Positions 36,202 to 44,515 of a stretch of DNA of 64,000 bases are shown here, one piece after another. The notes under the pieces are model-generated. The model was not told the origin of the DNA, did not search any database, and saw only the letters and a list, made by a program, of their open reading frames with translations. Made by a program: the position numbers and the translations under genes. Position 1 is the stretch's first letter; every line of letters begins with the position of its first letter. Location: positions 62,845 to 126,844 of the forward strand of contig DCUX01000008.1 of assembly GCA_002327235.1 (NCBI GenBank), given 5' to 3'. Source of the stretch: Firmicutes bacterium UBA2203. GTDB taxonomy: Bacteria > Bacillota > Desulfotomaculia > Desulfotomaculales > Nap2-2B.

Positions 36202-36405
36202 ATGGGCTTTGATATTGATTTAATCTTTAGAATTGTCGGGGTGGGCATTCTGGTATCGGCGGCCCATTACGTGCTTAAAAATTCAGGCAAGGAAGACTAT
36301 GCTTTTCTGGCTACCTTAGGCGGGTTGACCATTGTTTTAATCTGGGTCATTCAACTTTTAGGAAATTTCTTTGACCAGGTTAGAGCCGTATTTAAGCTTT
36401 GGTGA
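36202..36405 (+). CDS. spoIIIAC: Stage III sporulation protein AC
   Basis: 67-aa two-TM protein at the expected operon position. Confidence 0.8.
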   Translation: MGFDIDLIFRIVGVGILVSAAHYVLKNSGKEDYAFLATLGGLTIVLIWVIQLLGNFFDQVRAVFKLW

Positions 36406-36417
36406 GGATAAGCAAAC

Positions 36418-36804
36418 ATGGAAATTATTCAAATTGTGGGTTTAGGAATTATGACTGCTTTGCTGGCGGTTACCATCCGGCAGCATAAACCGGAAATAGC
36501 CCTATTTTTAAGCCTGGCGGCAGGGTTAATGTTGTTCATGTTGGTGCTAGGAAAAATTGGGGCCGTAATTGACCTTTTCAAGGACTTATCCCGTCAGGCC
36601 AATTTAAATATTGCTTATCTAGGGATTATTTTAAAAGTCGTGGCCATTGCTTATATAGCTGATTTTGGGGCCCAAATTTGCCGTGACGCGGGTGAAGGTA
36701 CCCTGGCGGCAAAAATTGAGCTGGCCGCCAAGGTGCTGGTGCTGGTCTTGGCTATCCCTATTGTCATAGCGGTGCTGCAGGCTTTACTTAAATTAGTACC
36801 GTAA
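36418..36804 (+). CDS. spoIIIAD: Stage III sporulation protein AD
   Basis: 128-aa polytopic protein (IADFGAQICRDAGE motif) at the expected position. Confidence 0.8.
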   Translation: MEIIQIVGLGIMTALLAVTIRQHKPEIALFLSLAAGLMLFMLVLGKIGAVIDLFKDLSRQANLNIAYLGIILKVVAIAYIADFGAQICRDAGEGTLAAKIELAAKVLVLVLAIPIVIAVLQALLKLVP

Positions 36805-36815
36805 ATGTTAACTAT

Positions 36816-36875
36816 CAAAGGATAATGAAAATCCCAGGATTTTCGGATGAAATCAATTGTTCCTGGAAGGATTGG
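36816..36875 (+). other. Copy B of the conserved 37-nt block (partner at 7301-7376), between spoIIIAD and spoIIIAE
   Basis: CAAAGGATAATGAAAATCCCAGGATTTTCGGATGAAA followed by TGTTCCTGGAAGGATTGG. It could encode MKIPGFSDEINCSWKDWKRWS. Confidence 0.7.
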
Positions 36876-36880
36876 AAAAG

Positions 36881-38083
36881 ATGGTCCTAAGAAAAGTAAA
36901 CTATAAATTAAACATATTTATTTTTATGTTATTTCTTTTCTTTAGCTTCTTTAGTTTAGATCCGGCCAAGGCCGCTCAAACGGAGGACGCCGCGGCTACA
37001 GAAGAGGTCCAAAAAGAGTTGACCGCCCAAATCCAGGAAATTAACCAATACCTGCAGCAATTAGACCGGGAAGTACAGCAAAGTATGCCGGAATTTAGCT
37101 TTAAAGAATTGGTTATGCGCCTGGTTAAAAAAGACGTGGATTGGAAACCTGAGGCCGTATTTTATTATATCCTCAACTATCTGTTCCGGGAGGTGGTGGC
37201 TAACGCGTCTCTTTTAGGTAAACTGGTTATTTTGGCGGTTATCTGCGCGGTGCTGCAAAACCTGATGGCGGCTTTTGAAAAAAGTACCACCAGCCAGCTT
37301 GCTTACCTGGTAATTTATCTGGTTCTAATTACCGTCGCAGTAACTTCTTTTGGACTGGCCCTTAATTTTGGCCGTGAGGCGGTGGACAAAATGGTAGGTT
37401 TTATGCAGGCTTTACTGCCTGTTTTACTTACCCTGCTTACGGCCACCGGGGCGGTAACCACCGCCGCCCTTTTTCACCCGGTTATATTTGTTAGTCTTAC
37501 CGCCATCGGTACCCTAATTAAAAACATTGTTTTGCCACTGGTTTTTTTTGCCGTGATTTTAAATCTTATCAGCCATCTGGCCCCGGACTTTAAATTATCC
37601 AATCTTGCCGGCTTAATTAAAACTGTTGCCTTGGGTTTAGCCGGTTTATTTAGCACTGTTTTTTTAGGCCTCCTGGCTGTTTACGGGGTAGGAGGGGCGG
37701 TAGGGGACAGTATTGCCCTGCGCACGGCCAAATTTGCGGTTGATGCTTTTGTCCCTATAGTGGGGGGGATGTTTACCGACGCCCTGGAAATTATCGCCGG
37801 TTCCTCCCTTTTAATTAAAAATGCCGTGGGGATCGCCGGTATGGTGGGGATATTTTTTATCATGGGCTTGCCCCTTTTAAAAATAATTGCCTCCGCTTTC
37901 ATTTATAAATTGGCCGGGGCCTTGCTCCAACCGGTAGGGGAGGGAAGAATGGTTGATTGTCTTAACGATTTAGGAAATAGCTTACTCATTGTTTTTGCCG
38001 TGGTAGCTACCACCGGCCTGCTTTTTTTCTTTGCTTTAACCATTGTTATTGGGGTGGGCAACCTGGTGATTATGCTGCGCTAA
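36881..38083 (+). CDS. spoIIIAE: Stage III sporulation protein AE
   Basis: About 400-aa polytopic membrane protein with signal sequence, at the expected position. ATG 36881 preferred over the track TTG 36857. Confidence 0.85.
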   Translation: MVLRKVNYKLNIFIFMLFLFFSFFSLDPAKAAQTEDAAATEEVQKELTAQIQEINQYLQQLDREVQQSMPEFSFKELVMRLVKKDVDWKPEAVFYYILNYLFREVVANASLLGKLVILAVICAVLQNLMAAFEKSTTSQLAYLVIYLVLITVAVTSFGLALNFGREAVDKMVGFMQALLPVLLTLLTATGAVTTAALFHPVIFVSLTAIGTLIKNIVLPLVFFAVILNLISHLAPDFKLSNLAGLIKTVALGLAGLFSTVFLGLLAVYGVGGAVGDSIALRTAKFAVDAFVPIVGGMFTDALEIIAGSSLLIKNAVGIAGMVGIFFIMGLPLLKIIASAFIYKLAGALLQPVGEGRMVDCLNDLGNSLLIVFAVVATTGLLFFFALTIVIGVGNLVIMLR

Positions 38084-38115
38084 AAAAAAGACAACCGGAA
38101 GGAAGGGCTATTTAA

Positions 38116-38730
38116 ATGGAAGTAATCAGGACGCTAGTGCAAAACTTAATTTTCATCACTATGCTGGCGGTTTTTTTGCCCATGCTGCTCCCTTTTGGGG
38201 AAATGCAGCGTTACGTAAAAATAGTTCTGGGCCTACTGGTTATGGTGGCTATTCTGCAGGCTGTTGGGGAAGCGGCAAGAGGAAGTTGGCGGGAAGAAAT
38301 ACCGGCCTTAACCACGGCAGAAAACAATACTTCTGTCCCCTCCCTAGCGGAGATAACGGCCCGGGGCCAAAAAATAGCCGCCGCAGGAAACGGGCAAATC
38401 AAAGCCAGGTATGAACAGGGCCTAAGCAAACAAGTAAAAGCTCTGGCGGAATTAAATAATATATTTACCGTTAAGGAGACCAAGGTAATCCTGGCCGCGG
38501 ATGAAGAAAAACAAGGAAGCTTGGGGGAAGTAAAAGAAATTCAACTAGTTGTAACGCAAAAAAAACAAAAAACAAATGAGTTGCCTAGTTCAGCCAAAAC
38601 AGTAAGCCAATTAGAAACAAGCCCGCCGTCAGAATTTCAGGCCAAAGAAGAAGCGGCTCAACTGGCGTCAGCCATCGCCAATTTTTATAATCTCTCTTTA
38701 GACCAGGTAAAAATAAAAATAGAGGGGTGA
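38116..38730 (+). CDS. spoIIIAF: Stage III sporulation protein AF
   Basis: 204 aa, two N-terminal TM helices, position in operon. Confidence 0.75.
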   Translation: MEVIRTLVQNLIFITMLAVFLPMLLPFGEMQRYVKIVLGLLVMVAILQAVGEAARGSWREEIPALTTAENNTSVPSLAEITARGQKIAAAGNGQIKARYEQGLSKQVKALAELNNIFTVKETKVILAADEEKQGSLGEVKEIQLVVTQKKQKTNELPSSAKTVSQLETSPPSEFQAKEEAAQLASAIANFYNLSLDQVKIKIEG

Positions 38731-38736
38731 TTTAAG

Positions 38737-39378
38737 TTGTCAAATTTTAAGGACTATCTGGAAGGTTATTTTAAAAAAAGAAAAGAAAACTATCCTCCCA
38801 AGCTCCAAAAAAAACAGTTATGGGGGCTGGCCTGTCTGGTAATTTTGGGCGTCATTTTAATTTTAAGCGGCCATGGTAAGAGCACCCCTAAAAACGCCTT
38901 ATCCCAAGACCCTAAAGAAAAGGCAGTGTCTTTTTACCGTTCGGTGACGGCCCAGGAAGAAGAAACCATGGCCCGCGCCCTGGAGCAAATGTTAGGTCAG
39001 GTGGCCGGGGCCGGTAAAGTTAAAGTAACGGTGCGCCTGGCCAGTTCCACCCGGCAGGAATACGCCGTCAACACCACCAGCAGCCGCAAGACAACCGAAG
39101 AAAAGGACCAGGGGGGAGGTAACCGGTTAACCACTGAAAATACCGACCAGGGACAGGTGGTGCTAATCCATAACGGCCAGGAAGAAAAGCCGGTGGTGGA
39201 AAAAGAACAGGCCGCCCGGGTGGAAGGAGTGCTGGTGGTGGCCGAAGGAGCCAGTGAACCTCACGTTAAAGCTAGCTTGTTTCAGGCTACCCGGGTGGCC
39301 TTAGGGGCCGCCCCCCAAAAAATCATTATTTTACCTAAAGAAAGGAGGGCGGATAATAGTGTACACGCTAATTATTAA
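38737..39378 (+). CDS. spoIIIAG: Stage III sporulation protein AG
   Basis: 213 aa, single TM, C-terminal ring-building-type domain (GAGKVKVTV...VEGVLVVAEGA). TTG start. Confidence 0.8.
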   Translation: MSNFKDYLEGYFKKRKENYPPKLQKKQLWGLACLVILGVILILSGHGKSTPKNALSQDPKEKAVSFYRSVTAQEEETMARALEQMLGQVAGAGKVKVTVRLASSTRQEYAVNTTSSRKTTEEKDQGGGNRLTTENTDQGQVVLIHNGQEEKPVVEKEQAARVEGVLVVAEGASEPHVKASLFQATRVALGAAPQKIIILPKERRADNSVHANY

Positions 39379-39925
39379 AAAAAAGGTATTGGGTTTAATT
39401 TTATTTGCCATATTGTTTTTTTGCTTCCTTATCTGGAACTGCGGCGTGAAAACGGTGCCGGAAAAAAACAAAGGTACGCTGGGGGTGCCGGTAACCAGCC
39501 TGGCCAAAGATAACGATAATAACCCTAGCCAGTTCAAAAAGGCTAGCTTAAAAAAAGAAGAACAAATAAATGACCAGGCCGCCTTTTTTGTGGATTACCG
39601 CCTGGATAGGGAAAGAACGCGCGGCCAACAGGTGGAACTTTTAAGGGAGATTGTAAGTAATTCGGGGGTAACGGCCGAGAGCCGCCAAAGGGCTCAGGAA
39701 CAGCTTTTAAACATAACCCGGCAAATGGGCCAAGAGGCTGAACTGGAAAATCTCATCCGGGCCAAAGGTTTTCCTGACGCTGTTGTATGTTTGGGGGAAA
39801 AGGGAATGACGGTGGTAGTGCAAAAAGCCAATCTTACCTTTGAAGAAACGGCCAACCTGACCGATATAATAACCCGCAGCACCGGTTTTAGCGAACAAAA
39901 TATTATTCTTATTCCCAAAGTTTGA
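39359..39925 (+). CDS. spoIIIAH: Stage III sporulation protein AH
   Basis: 188 aa, N-terminal TM, C-terminal FFVDYRLDRER...GFPDAVV.. domain typical of SpoIIIAH. Overlaps spoIIIAG by 20 nt. Confidence 0.8.
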   Translation: MYTLIIKKKVLGLILFAILFFCFLIWNCGVKTVPEKNKGTLGVPVTSLAKDNDNNPSQFKKASLKKEEQINDQAAFFVDYRLDRERTRGQQVELLREIVSNSGVTAESRQRAQEQLLNITRQMGQEAELENLIRAKGFPDAVVCLGEKGMTVVVQKANLTFEETANLTDIITRSTGFSEQNIILIPKV

Positions 39926-39979
39926 TCATTTGTTTAATAAATTTTGGAGAAAATTTTTATTTTTAGAGGAAAAATAGGG

Positions 39980-40008
39980 TTGACAGTCGAAATAAAGCAT
40001 AATAAAAT
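39980..40008 (+). promoter_or_regulatory. Candidate sigma-A promoter upstream of the agr-like genes
   Basis: TTGACA, 17 nt, TAAAAT. The -35 overlaps AGTCGAA, one mismatch from a Spo0A box (TGTCGAA). Confidence 0.4.
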
Positions 40009-40101
40009 AATATGAAAATGTTGCCTGTAAAAGAAAAGTTTACTTTTTATACCGGGTTAAGATAAAATTATTAAAAAACAGGCGGGTTTAAATGACTTAC
40101 C

Positions 40102-40575
40102 GTGACTGAAAAAACTTGGGCCAGCTTTATTTTATCCTTATTGTTACAAGATTTTCCTGAAAGCCTAGTAATAACAATGTTTGTCTTTAGTTTTTTAAAC
40201 CGGCGCCTGCGGGATAAGAAAGTTCTGTACGCGGCCCTGTTACAAACCATTACTAATTTAGTCCGCTTACTACCAATTGCTTTTGGGGTCCACTCGGTAA
40301 TTTTAATTATTACCTTAGCCTTTTATACCCGGCTGTTTACCAAGGCGCCGCTAAGTAAAATTTTTTTGGCCGTTTTAATTAGTTTTGCCCTTATTGCTTT
40401 AGCAGAATTAGCTTATACTAAACCATTTTTGTCCCTAACGGGTTTATCATACGAAAAAGCCTTTACTAGTCCTTTTTTAAGGGCCGCCTTTGCCTTACCT
40501 TACGAAATAATTTTAATGGGCATAGCTTTAGGGAAGAACTGTTACAACCATAAAAAAGGCTGTCTTATTAATTAA
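40102..40575 (+). CDS. Hypothetical polytopic membrane protein immediately upstream of agrB
   Basis: 157 aa, 4-5 predicted TM helices. GTG start with poor SD (start uncertain). No family recognised. Confidence 0.45.
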   Translation: MTEKTWASFILSLLLQDFPESLVITMFVFSFLNRRLRDKKVLYAALLQTITNLVRLLPIAFGVHSVILIITLAFYTRLFTKAPLSKIFLAVLISFALIALAELAYTKPFLSLTGLSYEKAFTSPFLRAAFALPYEIILMGIALGKNCYNHKKGCLIN

Positions 40576-40600
40576 CTTTTTAACTAAAGGAAGGGTTAAA

Positions 40601-41254
40601 TTGCTTAAATTTAATTTTAATAAAAGTACGGCGGCTTATTTAAAAACAAAATTAAATTTAACGCCGGACGAGGAAGAGGTGGCCCGGTACGGACTGCAAG
40701 TTATTGTTTATACGTTTACCAGCTTTATAACCATTTGTTTGATGGGCTGGCTTCTGGGCTGCTTTTGGACCACTTTAGCGGTTTGTATAACGGGCGGTTT
40801 CCTGCGTCTTTTTACCGGGGGGGCGCACAGCAATTCTCCTTTAACCTGTACCTTGCTGGGCATGGTCATGGTCCCCTTGTTAGGAAAAATAGCCGCCCTT
40901 ACCGCTCCTTTTTTTACTCCCCAAAGCCTGTCTTTAATAGTTGCCCCGGGTCTTATCCTGTCTTTCATTATTATTTGGCGCCTGGCTCCGGTAGATTCAC
41001 CGGCTAAACCAATTACCTTACTGGAGCAGCGCAAAAAACTACGTCTTTTAGCTATCGCGGCGGTTCTTTTACTCACCTCAGGGCAGGCCTTGCTTTTAAT
41101 CAAAGGACAGGCCCTGACGGTAGTTTTAGCCTTAAGTTTGGGTCTGTGGTGGCAAGCCTTCACTCTAACCCAAGCCGGGCATCGGTTTGCCACCTTTACG
41201 GATAAATTTAAATTAAGAAAGGAGGGAAGAAAAGATGAAGCGTCTGTACTATAA
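40601..41254 (+). CDS. agrB: AgrB-family accessory gene regulator B (AgrD-processing membrane peptidase)
   Basis: 217 aa. N-terminal ...EEVARYGLQVI... and RLFTGGAHSNSPLTCTL (AgrB GGxH...C catalytic context), polytopic. Confidence 0.85.
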   Translation: MLKFNFNKSTAAYLKTKLNLTPDEEEVARYGLQVIVYTFTSFITICLMGWLLGCFWTTLAVCITGGFLRLFTGGAHSNSPLTCTLLGMVMVPLLGKIAALTAPFFTPQSLSLIVAPGLILSFIIIWRLAPVDSPAKPITLLEQRKKLRLLAIAAVLLLTSGQALLLIKGQALTVVLALSLGLWWQAFTLTQAGHRFATFTDKFKLRKEGRKDEASVL

Positions 41255-41366
41255 GCTTTTACCCGTTCTTTTTAGCGGTCTGGTGGTTATTGCCTGTGGC
41301 AGTATAAAGCCGGCTTGTGCGGTATGGTGGTACCAGCCTGAGGTGCCCAAAGCCTTAAGGAAATAA
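41235..41366 (+). CDS. agrD: AgrD-like autoinducing peptide precursor (43 aa; not in the ORF track)
   Basis: MKRLYYKLLPVLFSGLVVIACGSIKPACAVWWYQPEVPKALRK. It has an amphipathic leader, a Cys-X4 core (CAVWW) and the conserved acidic/proline tail (QPEVPKAL). GGAGGG SD lies 8 nt upstream. Overlaps the agrB 3' end. Confidence 0.75.
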   Translation: MKRLYYKLLPVLFSGLVVIACGSIKPACAVWWYQPEVPKALRK

Positions 41367-41380
41367 TTGTTAGGAAAATT

Positions 41381-41567
41381 GTAACTACTCAGGCACAAAG
41401 GGGCAAAGGCACATAGGCACAAAGTTTAAAGGAATACAATCGGAATACAGGACACAACCTGTCAAAATACCGCTTTGTTAACATCTTATAGGAACTTAAG
41501 CAACTCATTATCTCCAGATTCTCTTGCCCTTGGTGTTGTGTGTCTTTGTGCCTAGCTGAGTAGTTAC
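41381..41567 (+). mobile_element. MITE-like repeat, copy 2 (187 bp)
   Basis: GTAACTACTCAGGCACAAAGGGGCAAAGGCACATAGGCACAAAG ... CTTTGTGCCTAGCTGAGTAGTTAC. Begins 15 nt after the agrD stop. Confidence 0.8.
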
Positions 41568-41601
41568 GGAAAAATTAACTTGGTCAACGGGAGAATTAAA
41601 G

Positions 41602-43320
41602 ATGCACGGCTGGGAAGAAAAAAGAGCCCGCGAAATAAAAGAATATATTCTAAACAGTCAGGTCATTAGTCTTTTAATTTTTGCAATGATTATCTTTAGC
41701 TTTTATAACTTAAAACTAGGAGAAAATATAACAAATTTTTCAAAAGGAAGTATTGCTCTTTTTGTCCTTTGTATTGTGGTTATTGTTTACGTTACCCGCC
41801 AAATTCTCCCTAAAATTACCTTACTTAATCAAGCAAAAATAGACGAAATATTGCTTATCGGCCTTATTTTTCCTCTGACCTTTGCCTTTCTTTATTTTAG
41901 TAAGGATTTTTTTGGGGCTAAGGTGCTGATAGTCGTGCCGGTAATGATTACCGCAACAGCTTTTGGTAGTTACTGGGGTACTGGAGGGGCTGTTATGGCC
42001 AGTGCCCTTTTATTTTTTTTGGATTATTTAATTTTCCACCGCTTGCCCCCCGATGTTTTCCAAACTAACCTAATTGTAAGCAGTGTAACCATCCTCTCGG
42101 CCTGGCTTATTGGCGGACTCATGGGAGTAGAAAGAAAAACCCAGCAAGAATTGGTTAAAATGGCCGACTATGATTACTTAACCGGTTTGTACAACCACCG
42201 CTACCTGCAGGAAAAGCTGGCCTCCTTCTTGCCTGAAACAAGCCCGGTCGCTAAAAATAACCCCTCTTCTGCCACGCCAAAGAAGGCCGCCCCCGGGAGC
42301 GGTAAGCTAACCCTGGTTTTATTCGATATTAACCAGTTTAAGTATTACAACACCCTTTGGGGCTATCAAAAAGGTGATGAATTTTTAGCCGCTATGGGCA
42401 AGTTATTGCTGGATGAGGTTAAAAACCCTGCTTACGTTGCCCGGTACGGGGGCGACGAGTTTATCCTGGTTTTACCAGAAACGGATAAGCAGGCCGCTTT
42501 GCCCTTAGCCCATGATTTAATAGAAAAAATGACCACCGCGGTCACCTCTTGCTTACCGGAAGAAGAAAGGGCAAAATGTTTAAAGCCCCTTACCATATCC
42601 GTGGGGATGGCCGGTTACCCGGTAGACGGAAAAGCAGTTTTACCTTTAATCAGAGCCGCCGAAGATGACTTATTTAGAATAAAGTACAGTCTGGATAAAG
42701 CCTACCTTTATAAATCGGTCTTAAGTGAAATCAGCGCCCTAAAAATAAAAGACGCTTATCCTGCCCTACAGGCTTTTGTAGCCCTGATTAACGCCCGGGA
42801 CCGGTATACTTTTGGGCACTCGGAAAGGGTGATGTCTTACGCCGTAGCCCTGGGAGAAAAACTGGCCCTTTCCGAAGAAGAAATAGATATCTTGCGTTAC
42901 GGAGCCTACCTGCACGATATAGGTAAAATTGAAATTGAAGCCTCCGTTTTAAATAAAGAAGGAGCATTAGATAAAGCCGAATGGGAAACAATGAAAAAAC
43001 ATCCCGTTTGGGGCAATGAGATTGTTCAAATGATGGTTGCCTTAAATGAAATAGGGCCGGTTATCCGTTCCCACCACGAAAACTACGACGGTTCGGGCTA
43101 CCCTGACGGCCTGAAAGAAGAAAATATTCCTTTTTTGGCCCGTATTCTACGCCTGGCCGACAGTTTTGACGCCATGATCACCGACCGACCTTACCGGAAA
43201 GCTTTGGAATTTTCTGAAGCTTGTTTGGAATTAAAAAGGCACGCCGGCACTTTTTACGACCCCCGCCTGGTAAAACCTTTCCTGGTTGCGGTTAGGGGGG
43301 TTTACAAAAAAACTTCGTAA
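41602..43320 (+). CDS. Polytopic membrane protein with GGDEF and HD-GYP domains
   Basis: 572 aa. About 6 TM helices, then ARYGGDEF (GGDEF), then HSERV...LHDIGKI...HHENYDGSGYPDGL (HD-GYP). Confidence 0.9.
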   Translation: MHGWEEKRAREIKEYILNSQVISLLIFAMIIFSFYNLKLGENITNFSKGSIALFVLCIVVIVYVTRQILPKITLLNQAKIDEILLIGLIFPLTFAFLYFSKDFFGAKVLIVVPVMITATAFGSYWGTGGAVMASALLFFLDYLIFHRLPPDVFQTNLIVSSVTILSAWLIGGLMGVERKTQQELVKMADYDYLTGLYNHRYLQEKLASFLPETSPVAKNNPSSATPKKAAPGSGKLTLVLFDINQFKYYNTLWGYQKGDEFLAAMGKLLLDEVKNPAYVARYGGDEFILVLPETDKQAALPLAHDLIEKMTTAVTSCLPEEERAKCLKPLTISVGMAGYPVDGKAVLPLIRAAEDDLFRIKYSLDKAYLYKSVLSEISALKIKDAYPALQAFVALINARDRYTFGHSERVMSYAVALGEKLALSEEEIDILRYGAYLHDIGKIEIEASVLNKEGALDKAEWETMKKHPVWGNEIVQMMVALNEIGPVIRSHHENYDGSGYPDGLKEENIPFLARILRLADSFDAMITDRPYRKALEFSEACLELKRHAGTFYDPRLVKPFLVAVRGVYKKTS

Positions 43321-43429
43321 AAATTTCGTATTGTCAATCGGGACGATTGACCTACAACAAAATTTCTTAATCCCGGCTTGTAAACTAAATTTTTTATTAA
43401 ATTTTCGGATTAAAAATTGGGGGGAAGCT

Positions 43430-44116
43430 ATGCCAGAAATTAACTTCATGGTTTTTTGCCCTAACCAAATGGTCCGTCAAGCATTGGGAAATTTATTTAG
43501 TCAGAATGATACATTTAACATCCTTATGGAAACCGCTGTTTTTGAAGAACTATTAGCCGTGGGAAAAAACAATCAGCCGGAGATTTTACTTTGGGCTAAC
43601 TCTTATAAAGAAAAGGCAATCGGAAACATGGCCAGTTTTAAAAAAAACTGTCCCTTAACCTCCATAATTTACCTGGCTGATAATACTGATAATGAGGAGT
43701 TGGCCAAACTGCCTGAAATCTTAAAGGCCGGAGCGGACGGATGTCTTTCGCTGAGAATGCTCCCCCGGGACTTAATAAAAACTATGGAGATAATTATCCT
43801 GCAAAAGTATATCTGCTTATCAGCCTTCCTTAAATCTCAGTTGCTCAATATCCCGTTAAATATATACGTAAATTATGAAAACGAAGAAAAAACAAAAAAC
43901 CTTCCTGAAGAAAAAGAAAAGTTAACTCCCCGGGAAAAAGAAATTCTACATCTTTTGGCTCAAAACTGTTCCAACCCGGAAATTGCGGCCCGGCTGTTTG
44001 TCAGTGAAGCAACGGTAAAAACCCACGTCAGCAGAATTTTAGCCAAATTAAAGGCAAAAAACCGCGCCCAGGCCGTGGCAGCCGCTTTAAACAAAGGAAT
44101 TATAGAGAAACTATGA
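43430..44116 (+). CDS. LuxR/GerE-type HTH regulator with degenerate receiver-like N-domain
   Basis: C-terminal LTPREKEILHLLAQNCSNPEIAARLFVSEATVKTHVSRIL. The N-domain has a REC-like layout but lacks the acidic pocket (FMVFCPNQ) and the phospho-Asp (PEILLWANS). Confidence 0.8.
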   Translation: MPEINFMVFCPNQMVRQALGNLFSQNDTFNILMETAVFEELLAVGKNNQPEILLWANSYKEKAIGNMASFKKNCPLTSIIYLADNTDNEELAKLPEILKAGADGCLSLRMLPRDLIKTMEIIILQKYICLSAFLKSQLLNIPLNIYVNYENEEKTKNLPEEKEKLTPREKEILHLLAQNCSNPEIAARLFVSEATVKTHVSRILAKLKAKNRAQAVAAALNKGIIEKL

Positions 44117-44117
44117 G

Positions 44118-44259
44118 GAGCAAGGGCACAGAGGCACAGAGGCACAGAGGCACAGAGGGAAATGAAACGTATAGAGATATGCCGCCTGTCCGCCTGTCCG
44201 CCTGTCTGTCAAAAACTTTGTGCCTTTGTGCCTTTGCCCCTTTGTGCCTGAGTATTTAC
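44118..44259. mobile_element. MITE-like repeat, copy 3, with internal micro-repeats
   Basis: GGCACAGAG x4 (44125-44160) and CGCCTGTC x3, then CTTTGTGCCTTTGTGCCTTTGCCCCTTTGTGCCTGAGTATTTAC. Starts 2 nt after the regulator stop. It generates the spurious ORF 44113-44316. Confidence 0.75.
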
Positions 44260-44515
44260 TATAATATTAATGGCCATATAAAATTCATACTAAAGTATGA
44301 TTGCAATAAATGCTAGGTTATGCTAAAGTTTTGCTAAATTTAACTTTTTAACCAAGGTTTCTGTTTCGAAAAAGGCAATCTGCAAGAAAATAAAAAGCGG
44401 AGCGCAAAGCAAAGGACCCTTAGGGGAAGTATGCTTGGGTAAGCCTGGCTGCCGAAGAACAGAAAAATTTTTTCTGTTGCTTCGGCTTAATTTTTTAAAA
44501 AAGGAGCGGAGGAAG

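Noticed and set aside
40708-41193. 161-aa antisense ORF and a 90-aa out-of-frame ORF within agrB
   Set aside because: The AgrB frame has the family motifs and hydrophobic periodicity. The alternatives are Arg/Pro/Lys-rich low-complexity translations.
44125-44210. Short tandem repeats (GGCACAGAG x4, CGCCTGTC x3) as a possible CRISPR array
   Set aside because: The units are 8-9 nt with no spacers and sit inside a MITE copy. No cas genes are present. No CRISPR array was found anywhere in the window.
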